From Chrysomallon squamiferum (lineage: Eukaryota > Animalia > Mollusca), in assembly GCA_012295275.1 (NCBI GenBank), contig CM022665.1, forward strand, positions 25,420,001 to 25,484,000: a DNA stretch of 64,000 bases, read 5' to 3'. The notes below the pieces were generated by a model. It did no database searches, had not been told where the DNA came from, and saw nothing but the letters and a program-made list of their open reading frames with translations. How positions within the stretch are numbered: the stretch's first letter is position 1; each line of letters starts with the position of its first letter. The position numbers were made by a program, and so were the translations under genes. This document shows, piece after piece, positions 26,800-49,422 of the stretch.

Positions 26800-28479
26800 T
26801 GTTCAAGTTGGTGCTGGTAAAAAGCTTTTCTAGTAGAACTGTATGATTTACCTACATCATGCCTGAACAGATGTGTATCACAGCATTTATCTGTAACAGC
26901 AAAATAATTGTATTAATTGCTAATAAAACTAAAGGTAACTTTTTCAAATTTAATATTAATTTTTGCATTCAATTTAAACCAAATTAAATTAGATGACGGA
27001 GATTGAGCAGGGTTTGACCATAACATTAGGCCAGGTATTTCAGCCACTGAAACCAGGATTCCAGGATTCCAGAATCCTAACATTACTAATCCATCATGTT
27101 ACTATCTTTTTTCTGTCTGTCCAGTGACTATAGTTTTCAAGATGGTTCATTCGTCCTGGTTTCAAAGTCCACCTTTCAAACATGCACTCTCCTTGCTCAA
27201 GTTGCTATAACAGTGTCAGTTTATTTATGGTATGACAACTGCACATTATGACTGTAGAAATAAAAAAATATATTCATTGTTTTCACTATAGTTTTCATAA
27301 CGTCATGACACAAACAAAAATTGTTTTAGGATGAACTAAAACTATTGTTTATAGATATGAGGGCATTTGTAAAGCTTGTATTTTGTGGATTAGCGTTGCA
27401 CAAGGCAGTCGGAAATGCTCATTTTGATGATGGCAGCAGCATGGGATGTGTTTGGCCATTATTTAACAACGAAGCAAAAATGTCATTGTCACAGTGGTTG
27501 AAAGCAGAAACGACAGATACAAGAAATAGCTATGAAAAGAACTAAATGGTCAAGATGTTTCATGCCATAACGAAAAAAGGAATTTGAATGTGTGTCAGTA
27601 TCCCATCTATGAAATCATTGTTTAGAGATAATTAAAAAAATAAAAAGAGATCATTTCATATTTGGTGCAAAAATTCTTTTATAGGGCTCCTAAATTTTAT
27701 AAACTGAAAAAAGTTAAGAAACCTGAAATTTAAAGTTGTAGTAGGTATTTAATTTTGGGTACCAAAATAAATGGTGTTCTCAGGAAATGATGCAGCCATA
27801 GTAATGGCTGTCAGTGTCTTTAAAGTTCAATGTTTTGTTAATTTTATTCAATTTAATAATAATGTGGCATTATATTCCAACTTTAGATAATATTTTCTTT
27901 CTGATAAAGATGTTGATTATGAAGACAATTCTTAGCCATATTTTATTAATTTTTTGTATATCTATATAATAAAGTCATAAGTCAACTTAACAGATCAATG
28001 TTATTAATTAACCGATTAAAAAAAATTAATGTCAGCAAAATCATAAATGCAGCAGGCCTCTACAATGCATCAGTCTTGAAAAACGATATTTTTCTTTACT
28101 GGTTTAATTTCTATAGAGTTTTAGACGATACAAAATTATAAAGGAAAATGAGATTTTTGAATATTTTGACACATGCCTAAGTTACAAATACCGGCAGTGG
28201 TAAGTATTCACTGCACTGACAATGTGTTGAATAGCCGAGCAGTGAATGAGTATACTAATAACTACACGCATGATATGATTTTTACTCATTTAATGATTTA
28301 CTGTGTAATTTAATTATCATCAGAATATCATTATGATTATGCGTAAATTATAATACGACGTGCATTTCATTATGCACTAACTTGACTAAGGGACACCATT
28401 TACAGAGATGAATCAGTCAACGGGTACATACTTGTGCAAATTAGTTTGTAACGAAATTATCATTTCTAGAATTTTGTGA

Positions 28480-29460
28480 AAATAACGTGAAGTATTACTT
28501 TACTTCGCCATTATTATTCTTCCGTTAGTATTTTCTGAACAGTTATTGAGCATCGGTTTACACATTGTGAGCATGTCTCTTCATTTGAGGTGTCAACAAC
28601 TGAACAATGTAGGTAAAGAAACTTCATTACAAATGATCTTTATTGATGATTTTCAGAAACAGCAATAATGAATTGCAAGGAACTAATTTATTGTTGTTGT
28701 TGTTATTGTTATTATTACTACTACTACTGTTTTTATTTTTATTTTATTTATTTATTTATTTATATATATATATATTTATTTATTTATTTATTATTTATTT
28801 ATTTTTTTCTTCTTCTTCAGCTTGACATATTTTCCAATATTTTTTATTCTCCTTTGTTAAAGAAATTAACATCGAAAAGTATATATTTATTTTATTCAAT
28901 CTGCTTATCTTATTTAGTTATTATTATAATATTATCCACATACAAAAATAATATTTTTACTGGAGTTGTTTTGTGTATGCTCTCTAGCTATGATCATGAT
29001 CCCGTTATGATTTCTGAGCCATAACACCGGGTCTAAGATTCTGGAATATTTTCCAGTACATAATTTTACTGAGTTCACAACAGACTTTTGTCCGTTAAAT
29101 GATATATATTCGTCATATATTATGTCTTCTGCTATTATTATTATTAGTAGTAGTAGTAGTATTTAAATAACCTTAAAACCCCTTGTTTTCACATTTAAAA
29201 AGCATTATTACTAATAGCAGTAGAAACAACAGCAGAAGCGGCGGAAGATGACCTGTTGTTAATGATTTTCCTGGAGCGTTAGCGTTTTGGGTTCCAAAAA
29301 CGAATAGCCATAGCATTTACGGGAGATCTCGAGATTTTGCGAGATAGTCCGAACCTGGAAGAAAAACTTATAATAATTGATCATTTTGATATATTTGGTG
29401 AGATAATGGTGAAGTAATTCTAAATCATACCATTAGTTTCAATTCTGCTTCGCAAACAAG
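28480..29460. promoter_or_regulatory. Putative divergent promoter region and non-coding first exons of AP4M1 (-) and Akt (+)
   Basis: Minus strand: CGGAAG (28524-28519), ATGGCG (28511-28506) and donor GTAAAGT at 28503. Plus strand: GCGGAAG at 29241, palindrome ATCTCGAGAT at 29326-29335 and donor AAG|GTAATT at 29461. CpGs are retained locally. Confidence 0.5.
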
Positions 29461-32400
29461 GTAATTACACAATTAAAAAACATATATATATATTTGTAGA
29501 ATTAATTTTGGGGGATGATATACAGGATACTTGAATTCGTGCATCACCCTTTTTCGTAGATTTATACTTACGATCTTTTGATATACCATGTCTTACTAAA
29601 CTATTAGTAATTAGCTTTGATTTTATTAATGGGTTTTGTAACGTGTTCTGTATTCCTTGAACATCACGAACCTGGATAGTATACATTAGCATTAGTTATA
29701 ATCCTTAATGATAATCATAATGACAATTTAAAGCATTTCATATAACTTTTATAAGATAAGTAACAAAGTATGAATTACAATACTCATACTGGTAATACTA
29801 AGAGGCCTAAATATGATATTCATAATTAATAGTAATGCTAATTATTGTTATAATAATTATACTCAGAGATATTAGTTGATCAATATATCTGACATAATTA
29901 CTGGGGATCCATTATTTTACTATTTTTATATATATTATAATATTAATAATATTAGAAGATATTTAATATTTCGTACATTTCGCAATTGATCAATTATTTC
30001 AGTCATATGAAAACTCTAAAAACATGAGTTAGTATTCAGCAAATTACTGTTAATAATTTGAAAATGAATGTTATCCAGTGAAGAACTGATTGAAAACCTG
30101 AATAATGTGCATAGAATAATATCATAATATGTATGACATATGGTCCATATTGTATTATAATTTTTATTTTTTTCTAACTAGTGTTACCTGACAATCAGAA
30201 ATCAAAGCACTGACTGCAGCCATAATAATAAATAAATAAATAAAATTATAACATTTGATAATATTTTATTGTTTTCTACATCAACATTGTATACAGGCAT
30301 GAGATTTCGTTTAGTGCCCAGTGAGAAATTTGTTAATGTAAAAACTGGTAGTTTGCAATTCATAATAATTTTTAAAAAATGTCAATGCATTGTAAAACTT
30401 TTTTAAAATGTTACAGCCTTCTTCTTTTTTACATATATTTGTAAAATTTGTTTATTTTTACTTTTAGCATTTTATTGTTGTTCAGCAAAATTTGTCTCAT
30501 CATGGTTAGCAAGTAATTTGTAGTAACCAATAAAATCACACTATATTCAGAAATATTAAATAGTGATATGTAAATCAACTTAATTATTAATATTTAAAAA
30601 TATTTACTTCCATTAAAAATTAAGGATTCATGTTTCAAGTATAAATAAACATTTATGTTTTATGATAAATAGTATAAATATTTTCTTATAATGTCATACA
30701 AATTCAAACTTCAAAGTTTAGAAACATAAGCTGTTACTTTCAGTATTTAACTGTGTAGTATAATTAATGTTATATATTTAAACATATCAGAAATTATCAG
30801 AGAAAAATAAAATATATATAACAAAATATTAACATAGTAAAGATGTTTACTATATTAATAGTAAATATGAACATTTTTTTAGCAACTTTCTTTTTATTAA
30901 GAGAACCATATTATTTATATTTATTATTATTGTAAAAAGAAAATATGCAGCATTCAATTTTTTCATCACAGAGAGACTGTTTTAATAACCCTAATGAAAA
31001 TAATTTTTGTTACAGAATTTAATTCTCACTTTCAGTATTTGATATACTGATAATGAGCCATGACAAACTAAACTCCTTGTTAAGTTCAGTTTGCTACAAG
31101 TGAAAGAAACGTTTAAAATTGATGCACTAAAAGATGGTTTGAAAATACAAATAATTTTTTTTCAACAAAGCTGTGAGAAACATTAGTTAATTTCTTTGAA
31201 ACTTTGTTTTAGCAGATTAGAAAAGATTTGTAATTTGTTAAAAACTAATTCTGGTTATGGCTCATTGTTAAACTACTTGCCTAAGATACAGTGATTTGCA
31301 GGATCAGTCCACATAGGAGTTACCACTAGCCTACTGCTTGTTCCACTTAGTTTCATTTGCCTTAATATATATATGACTGTTTTATAAGTAATTTATATAA
31401 TTCAAATATGAAATTTTCAGTATCTACCTAATACATTTCTAAACAAATTTATGGTGAGTGTGTATGTGTGTGTTTGTGTGTGTGAAATGGTAGAAAATAA
31501 TATATAGCTTTTTCTTTTGAAGAAAACATGCTTATCAAAGAGATACGAATTTTGTTTTTGTTTACCTGTTCATTTTCATTACCACATTCTCATTTAAATA
31601 ATCATGAGCAAATGATTCAACATATTGATATCCACTACCCAAATATAATCAATGTAAATTAAATGATAATATTAATGACAAAATTAACAGTAACATGAAC
31701 AAGTCTATTAGTTTCTTTGTTAAGAAAATTTCAGTATGTTATAAATAATCACATATGATGTAGTTTTACAATGCCTGTAGTTAATATATTAAACAATAAG
31801 TCAATACAGGTTAAAAATACATCTAATGTAATTTGTCACATATATCTGCTTGTTTAATATTTCTTCATTTAAGCTAATCATTCAAAACATAAGAGAGTTT
31901 AAAACGTAAGTACATGCAGCCACATTTGGAAGTGCTCAGTAACTGAGTAAGTAAAATATCTCAAGCTGATAATTAATATGAATAATCCTGTGTGGCAGTA
32001 ATGGTTTTTCATTTTTGTTTAAATCTCATTACTACTAATACCTTTATTTCAAACATACCTATGCCATCTAATAATAGTATTAAAATGCTGTTTATATTAC
32101 AAAAATAAATAAAAAGATGAATGAATTAATTTTTTATAATATACATTATAAGAAATTCATTTTGTTTTTTTAAATATAAATAAGAACTGATGATAAAAAG
32201 CAGATTCTGTGACATGTACATTTTTTCCATTGCATTGTGCATGTAAAGACTGTTAAAAACAATTTAAAAGACAATGATTTGTTTTAAAAAAAAATGAAAT
32301 GAAAGATATCTTTTTCAGATTTGAAATCTATTAAAGATAGAAATAATCTCAAACATATTTATGAAATTATTTGTTTCAGTTTAATATGTTTTAGAAGGAA

Positions 32401-35400
32401 TATTTATTTATTATTATTTTATTTTTAATTTTTTCAGTTTTTTTTAATAATGAATTTAATAAAAAAAAATTTTAATAAAATTGTGTAGCACTTAATCTCT
32501 GAAAGTTGCATAGTGATTAATGACATGACAGTGAACAAAAATGTTCATTTTTGTATAATAATTATGAGGTGAGATACATGTATTAAGTGTACTTGTTTTA
32601 ATATCAAGATGTAATTAACTTATTAGATCATTCAGTTTCATATATTTGTTTTGTTTACCTTTTAACTCAATCTATCATGTAATATATTTCATCAGTATTT
32701 TAAAATATTTTTTAAATTAGATATTTTTTTTAATATGAAAAAGATGAAAAAGCTGCATTAATTTGTACATTATTTTCACAGTTCTGTAATGTTATAACTA
32801 ATGTATGTTAATGTTAATATTAGTGTTGGGCTTTATAACTTTAACCTAGAGCTGTTACTTTTGTTGACACTTAGTATTTTCATGTACTTGTTGTTACTAA
32901 GACCAGATAATCTGTGCGATTATTGTTTTTATTAGTTAAGTAACTGCTTACAAATGACACTAATTTTTTCATTGAAATTAGTTAAGCATGGAAAGGTTTT
33001 AGGAATTTAAGTAGCAGTTACAAAAGAAACACTTAGTACCTCCTGCAATATTACATATCACAGGAGGATATAAATGTCAGTATTCTATCAGTGTTATTAA
33101 AGAAATTTTTTCCTCAAGCATTTTACGTGCCTCTAGTCTAGCTTAAATGTTCGTGCATATCTGATAAGAGTACCAACTGTAAATGTTTTATCTAATTCTA
33201 TGCAGCAGTTTGCAGTAGAAATTTTAATCAGAATGTAATAATAAATAAAAGTTTGACAAGATGCAGTAGACTAAAGAAACAAGAAAGTATATTCTTAGTT
33301 TTAATAGATATTATGATATATCAGTGATGGATCTGGACATTGTTCTAATATTTATTTGAGAAATGAATATTTAACCTGAAAAATAAAAGTAATTTAAAAT
33401 AAAAATAATAATAATAAAAAAATAATTATAAATTCAATATTAATTACAACTACAGCTTAAGCTAGTGCTTGAATAATAATAATAATAATAAAAATAATAA
33501 GAACAACAACAACAACAACAAATCCATGTGCTCATGATTTATATTAGAATTTTACTGATGACAATTTATATCTGGGAACAGTGGTTGTAATTCTGTGATT
33601 TACAATACTAATTTGTAAACTCAGTATTCATTTATTTATTTTATTTAAGCATGGTAATAAAAGTATTAATTATTTTTATGTCATTTTAACTTAACTGTTC
33701 TTTTTTTTTTTTCATTCTTAGATACTTCTAATTTCGTTTGTGCATATGGTGTATAGATGTTTGTATATGTTCGTTGGTTGAATTTGCATATATCACTATA
33801 CTTATTTATTATGGTTGCCAAGATAATATACAAAATTTCAAATTAAGTTTTCCCCATCAAGTCATTTTTTTTAATTGTTTGGTAAAAGTAGTGATTGAAT
33901 GAAACAACAAAATAACACAGAAACAAATGTATGACTCATTCAGTTGCATATAATTATTACACTTACACAGATTAGATTAGATTAGATAATAGATATAAAA
34001 TTTTAAAAGAATTGTAAATATTCTTTTCAATTTAAAATTAAATACAAAAAAGATGTAACCTATAAAATGCTATAAATTTAATAATAATTAAAAGCGTTTT
34101 TAAAACTATTATTATTTTTTTATTTAAATTATTGCTTGTGCTATTTAAATCTCTTTAGAAAATTGAGATATTTATTTCGCTACTTTGGTGTAATATATAT
34201 ATTTCTATTTCTTTTTTTTTTTTTTTTTTTTTGTTATTGTTAATATACAAATAGATAAACATTTACAATTAACATATCTGCTAATATGTGTAAATTAATA
34301 CGTAACAAGCGTCCACTGATGAAATAATTATTTCATCACTTTAATAAAGTGGCCTCTTAAATGAAGTAGCTGGTTACTGTTGTGTTACTTCAATTTTTAT
34401 TAGTTGTTTGTTAATAAATACATTTTCTTAATTTTATTTTTATTTATTGTATTTTTTTTTCCTGAACATTTCATTAGATAATAATGTGTTGATATTTAAG
34501 CTGCAGTGATCAGTTAACCATAACTTGCAGGTGTTATTACTTTGTCAGGGTACACCCTCTAAACATAGTTGTTTACATGTATCTGCTGGCTGTCAGACCA
34601 TGTCTACTTATGTAATTTCCTGCCTGGTCAATACATGGACACAGGTCAAGCAGAAATAAACACTGGCAAACCAAATTTGGCCATTTTCCAATATCTGCAG
34701 GAATCTGAGACAAACTGAATTCATTGCAGAGATTAATAACAGCCTCTGAGTATCAGGGGAAACATGGTGAAATTTAATAGTCTTTCATTTAGACATTAAG
34801 GCCACAACCTTGCTAGCCAGAGGATTGGTTACAGTGTGGCTGGCAGGCTAGTCTGAAGGTGAATGACCTAGCCAGTTTGAGCGTCAACAAGTACATGCAT
34901 CAGTCAGTCCTATAGTCTAGCCACTGTTTAAACTGTATATGCAGCATTGTCTGCTGTAAGGAGCTCTTTCAGAGATGACATTTCTGCAGAATTTTACCAC
35001 ACTTTCAAAGCAGTTCCTGCTCATTATGACAACACAGATCATCTGACTGACAGTTGGATTTTATTGATTGTAAACATGTTGACCATTCAAGGCTGATTAT
35101 CTAGCTGAGGAGATATTACGGCTCTTGTTTTGCACATAAATTTTGTACAGAATGGAGATAGATGTAACAAGGTAGGAAAATCTGCTTTTGTGAAAAGGTT
35201 CCTTTTGTTTGTCATAAGAATTGATTTTCTTTCCAGCATGAAATGTCTGCTGTTGTATGTCTGAAGTGAAATGAAATAATCCTTGACTAGTGACAGTAAT
35301 GTTATCTGTGTAACAAATGCCAGTTATGATGGCTGTATGTGCATCTGTACTGATCTTCTTGACTGACATTTAATGACAGCAGTCAAGTTATTTGTGTTGT

Positions 35401-37069
35401 GCTACTTCTGATTTCTGTGTGTGTGTGTGTGGAAGTTCTATTCTTGTAAAGATGTTTTGTAAGTCTACACTGACTTGTATAGCCTGCAGGTTTTGCTGGG
35501 TCAAGCTAACTTGCACTGATCTTGTTGTTTTTCTTCAAATCCCTGACCTGTCTGTGCTATGATAAACGATAACAACATTTACAAAGTTAATATCAGTTAA
35601 GTAGCTGGTTAGTGCAACATCATTATTTGTATTTGATGCAAATTAATTTGTTATATGAACTGTAACACACTGAATGCTGCACATTCAGTTAAAAGAACTG
35701 AATTAGTTGTATGATACTAAGTGCTGCATTATGATAATGCTAATTTTTCATCTTCTGTAGTAGCATGTGAACACTGGTGTATGCATGTTCAACACATTTT
35801 ATTTTAATGGAAGAATATCTAAGACTAATTTTTTTTTTTTAATGGGTTATGGTTCATGTGCATAGTTTATTACTGTTAAAAATGAGAACTATGATGTTAA
35901 TTCTTAAATGTATATTAAATAATGCATTTGTTTACCAGGTTATATGAACTTGCACAAACATCCATATCAGTACATATATTGATATATTGCTTACAGTTTA
36001 GCTAATTCTGTACTCAGTATTTAATTGTTTAAAATTTTACACAAAATTATTTAGAAACCACCCAATATACTGTTCACAAGACATTCTGTAATAAATAAAT
36101 AAACAGGCTAAATAGCAAATTTGATTTTCTGAATTTAATGTTTAAAAAATATTGTTAATAATTTATTCAAAGAAATGAAGTTAAATCATTATTTGAGTGA
36201 TATTATTGAAGGCAACAGCATAAGTAGCAACAGCTGCTGTATATTAATAACACTAATATTTCATTAACATACTGAAAGTTAAAACCAATCAGATAATTTT
36301 CTAATGTTATAAACTTTTATTTATATAAAACAGTAGTGTTAAGAAATTTACAATAAATATTTTATCTACAGCTGCAACATTTTACATTACAACTTTACGC
36401 TTGCAAGCCAAAAATAAATAGTGAGGATTATGAACTCTAAACTTAAACAGGATTTAAAAAACTCAGTTTTCCAACACTATCATTTTTAACAGGTATTATT
36501 AAAATTTATTTATTATGTATATGTTGTGAAAGAAAGAAAAGTGGAGAGCGAAGAAAAATGATACTGGATGTTCCTTTACTGGACATAATGCAGCATTCTT
36601 GAAATGCATGAAATTAGTGAATTTAAAAATTAAAATACAGTTTCGTTAAAGAATTCACACCTGTGTAAAAGAAAACAAAAATAGATGTTGACATTGTTCT
36701 CTTGGAGTGTTTGTTTTTGCATTATTCTAATTTTTCTTTAGCTTTATTTTCATTACTCTGTTAAGTCTTGCTTTAAAAACAATCCATGTTTTCCTGTAAT
36801 TCAATCCAGTGCACCATTTTTTTTTTTTTTTATTGTTATTTTTTTGTAAATGCACTGAACTGCATTTTTGTTTTATTTACATTCTTTTGACTGTGAAAAC
36901 AAAGTACATTCCTTTATATTTTAGTTTAAAATTATTCTTTACATTTTTTTTTTATTTTTTTATTAGATTTTTTAATTTTTAATTATTTTTAAAGATTATT
37001 ATTAATATTTTTATTTGAATTTAAATAAATTGTTTTTTGATTAAATAAAAGGTGGATGTTGTTCCATTT

Positions 37070-37096
37070 ATTACATACATACAAACAAACATACAA

Positions 37097-37155
<59 letters not shown>
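37070..37155. repeat. (ACAT)n/(AT)n compound microsatellite
   Basis: Directly visible tandem runs. Confidence 0.85.
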
Positions 37156-37161
<6 letters not shown>

Positions 37162-37785
37162 CACACAATATATATATAATGCTTAAATTTGAAAATAAAT
37201 TTATGTTTCTAAGTTAGAAAATATAGCATACACATAAGCAGGATATCCTCTTCCTGTTTTTATTTGAAATACACTTTCTGTATTGATGCTAGTAAGTTTC
37301 ATCAGTAAACACCATTTAACTAGGAAGTATTCACAACATACAGAGAAAATTATAAGAACAAGTTGGAGTAATATTTGTCATTTTATGTTAAATTTACATA
37401 AGCCATTTGAAGCATTCTTTCACATTATATGCAAGTTAGATAATTCTTATTCCTTTTTTCTCTGTTTATAAAAAAAAGAAGAAAAAAAGTCACATAAATA
37501 ATTCTTATATTGATAATTAATTCTTAGTACAAATTTATACTCAATAGAATGTATACTGTTTTATTATTATTATTATTATTATTTAGATTACATTCATCAT
37601 TAAAACTTACTAAAAATGTACAGATCACAATTGAGAATTTGCTTGGTGATATTACTGAAAGTGCAATGAATTTGCCTAGCTATGGAGCTGTATTACATTA
37701 AATATATGTGTTCATTATAAAGATTACATGTTTATGCTGATATTTGTTTTGTTTTTTTAAATTTAGGGCTGATTTGGCCACCGCA

Positions 37786-46950
<9,165 letters not shown>

Positions 46951-47747
46951 GATTAGATAATGTTTAGGTCTGTAGACGAGCTTGGAACATCAGCATCCAA
47001 ACTAAAGTAGTCCAAAAGAGAATTTTGCATTATGGGCATTTTCTTCTTTTATTACACTAGCAGTTAAAATTTCCTGTCAAAATATATTTTTCTTTTCTCC
47101 TTGTTATGTCTTTTTTTCTTTTCTTTTTTCAGAAGTGGTACATTTTTTATTAATTTATTATTATTTTTTTATTCTTAAATTAAAATTTAAAAAAAAAGAA
47201 TGAAAAGCAAGCCAACTATCTTAGCACAAGACTATTTTTAACTGCTTATTTTTTGTTGACTCTCATAAGCACTTTTCTTGCACCCTTCATGTAACTACTA
47301 AATAACTAACAAGTATATTAACATGGCATAAAAGACTTACTGTTAACTGTATATAGTCATTTCTTTTGATTTCTACATGTACTCACATTTCACTGCATGT
47401 CTTCTTATTTTGAACTAAGTATTGGTACATGCTCTTGCTGAATACATTTTTATTATTATTATGGTTTTATTTTATTTTATTTTATTTTATTATTATTATT
47501 TTTTGTTATTAGCAGTTGAGAATGCTGAAGACATGGAATGACTGAATAAATTAAATTAACTGTAATTTTAAGATACTGAATTATTCTTTTAGCAAACTGT
47601 CACAGGTAGCATGTTTCTATTTACTTTATCTGTCTGCTGTACTTTTTGAAGATGATGCATCCTGCACAATGAATCGGTGAAACGTGTTCATAGTAATCTT
47701 CTTTTCAGATACATTACTACAGAAATTTTAATGGCTTTTGTATTCTA

Positions 47748-47783
47748 TTGTTGTTGTTGTTGTTGTTATTGTTGTTGTTGTTA

Positions 47784-47842
<59 letters not shown>

Positions 47843-47845
47843 TAT
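47748..47845. repeat. (TTG)n/(TTA)n microsatellite downstream of Akt exon A
   Basis: Directly visible tandem runs. Confidence 0.85.
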
Positions 47846-49179
47846 TTACTGTTATTTTGAACATGCACAAAAGTTCCAGAGATTTTAACATTTTATGGAT
47901 TTGCTTAGAACAGTTTAGATCAGATTTTTGCTTTGTGATTTATTTGCTTTATTTGTATTTTAAAATAATGAATATTTTCTTTTTGTTTTAACTAAACACT
48001 AAAAATATTGTTTTACTTTTAGTCAGAATAGAATAAAAAAAAATTAAGTTGCAGTGCTGCTTAATATTTTAAATGTATTCGATATTTCTGTAAATACTGG
48101 GACAGAAAGAAAACGTTATGTATATTTGATGTTTTTATGATAAATAATAGGAATAAATATCAGTTTATTTTATAACTTTCAGTTTTAAATTTTATTAAAT
48201 ACATTTTCTGCAACAAAAATAGTTGGAGTTGTTTGTATTTTGTCATATTAAAATAATTTTTGTTTGAATTTGGTTTACATAGATTTTTTTCAGATATCTG
48301 TTAATATTTTGATTTTTTGTTGGGTTTTTTTTTTGTTATAAATTGGAACTACCCATTGAAAAATTTATATTTGTAAAGAGCATTTCATAGACCTAAGATA
48401 AACATTGGTAATGATAATTAATGTTAAAATATACCACAGCCAAAAATATTGTTATATTATATTTTCTTTAAAATGTTTTTATTTCTTTTATACAATTTGT
48501 ATAAAAAAATGTTTCTGTGGGAAAATAATATATATGTTAATGTGTTTTGGTTTGTTTTGTATACTTAAACATGAAGAATAATCAGGCATGGACTGGCTGT
48601 AAAATAATTAAAAATTAATTAAAGAAAAAAAAAAAAAAAAAAAAAAATAATTTTTAAGTTGTAGAATTCAGTTAACAAATATTGTTTATATGTACAACCT
48701 TTTCTCATATTCAACATCTTTCCACATATTTTATAGCCATCTATGTTGTTTTTGTTTTTTTAAATGGTGTCATTTTGGTTTTTCACTTGCATAAGTTAAC
48801 ACATATTTATATCAGTTTAAGATATGGTTACATTTAATTTATATATATTTTTTAAAGATTAGTACATGTATTAAAATGGCAATTAAATTAAAAATTTTTT
48901 TTTTTAAATCCCCCTTTTTTTAACATTTTATATACTGCTTATTTTTAATAATAATAATAATGTACAGGCAGTTTTCAGTAGCAACATTAACCTTTTGGGT
49001 TTTTTTTCTCTCTCTTATACTGAAAGGAGTCAGAGGTTTAAAAAAATTTTTTTTTTTAAAAACTGCACATTCACACTCCACCACAACAAATCTACATTGG
49101 AATGAGACTCAAAAATTGTTTTATCATTTATGTGTTTACTTATACTTTAATTTTTATTTTTTATTTTTTATTTTTTTAG

Positions 49180-49422
49180 ATAACTCCTCCATGGAAGCCT
49201 GATGTTAAAAGTTCGTGGGACACAAAATATATCCCTGAAGAGTTTGCACAGGAACCCATGCACTTGTCTCCAACAGAAGCCTGTGGAAGTCGCGAGCTTG
49301 AGAGCATCAGTGAAGATGGTGAACTTCCCCACTTTGACCAGTTTTCTTACCACGGTGGAAGCAGAGGTAGTTTTGGAAATTACCTCAGTGCTTCAGCCCA
49401 GGCTGGGAATGAACTTTTTTGA
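49180..49422 (+). CDS. AKT: Alternative terminal exon B of Akt, encoding a second AGC C-terminal tail (485-aa isoform)
   Basis: A strong T-rich acceptor ends in TAG at 49179, in phase 0 like exon A. The frame is open and reads ITPPWKPDVKSSWDTKYIPEEFAQEPMHLSPTEACGSRELESISEDGELPHFDQFSYHGGSRGSFGNYLSASAQAGNELF*, homologous to exon A. Confidence 0.88.
   Translation: MTPPWKPDVKSSWDTKYIPEEFAQEPMHLSPTEACGSRELESISEDGELPHFDQFSYHGGSRGSFGNYLSASAQAGNELF

Noticed and set aside
27250-27825. Possible TE relic (ORF 27345-27545, end ...CAGTGTCTTTAA)
   Set aside because: No matching opposite terminus or recognisable transposase motif was found.
28200-28262. ATTCACTGC...GCAGTGAAT inverted repeat as a Helitron or Crypton end
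   Set aside because: The loop is long, there is no clear CTRR terminus or partner end, and it cannot be assigned without a repeat library.
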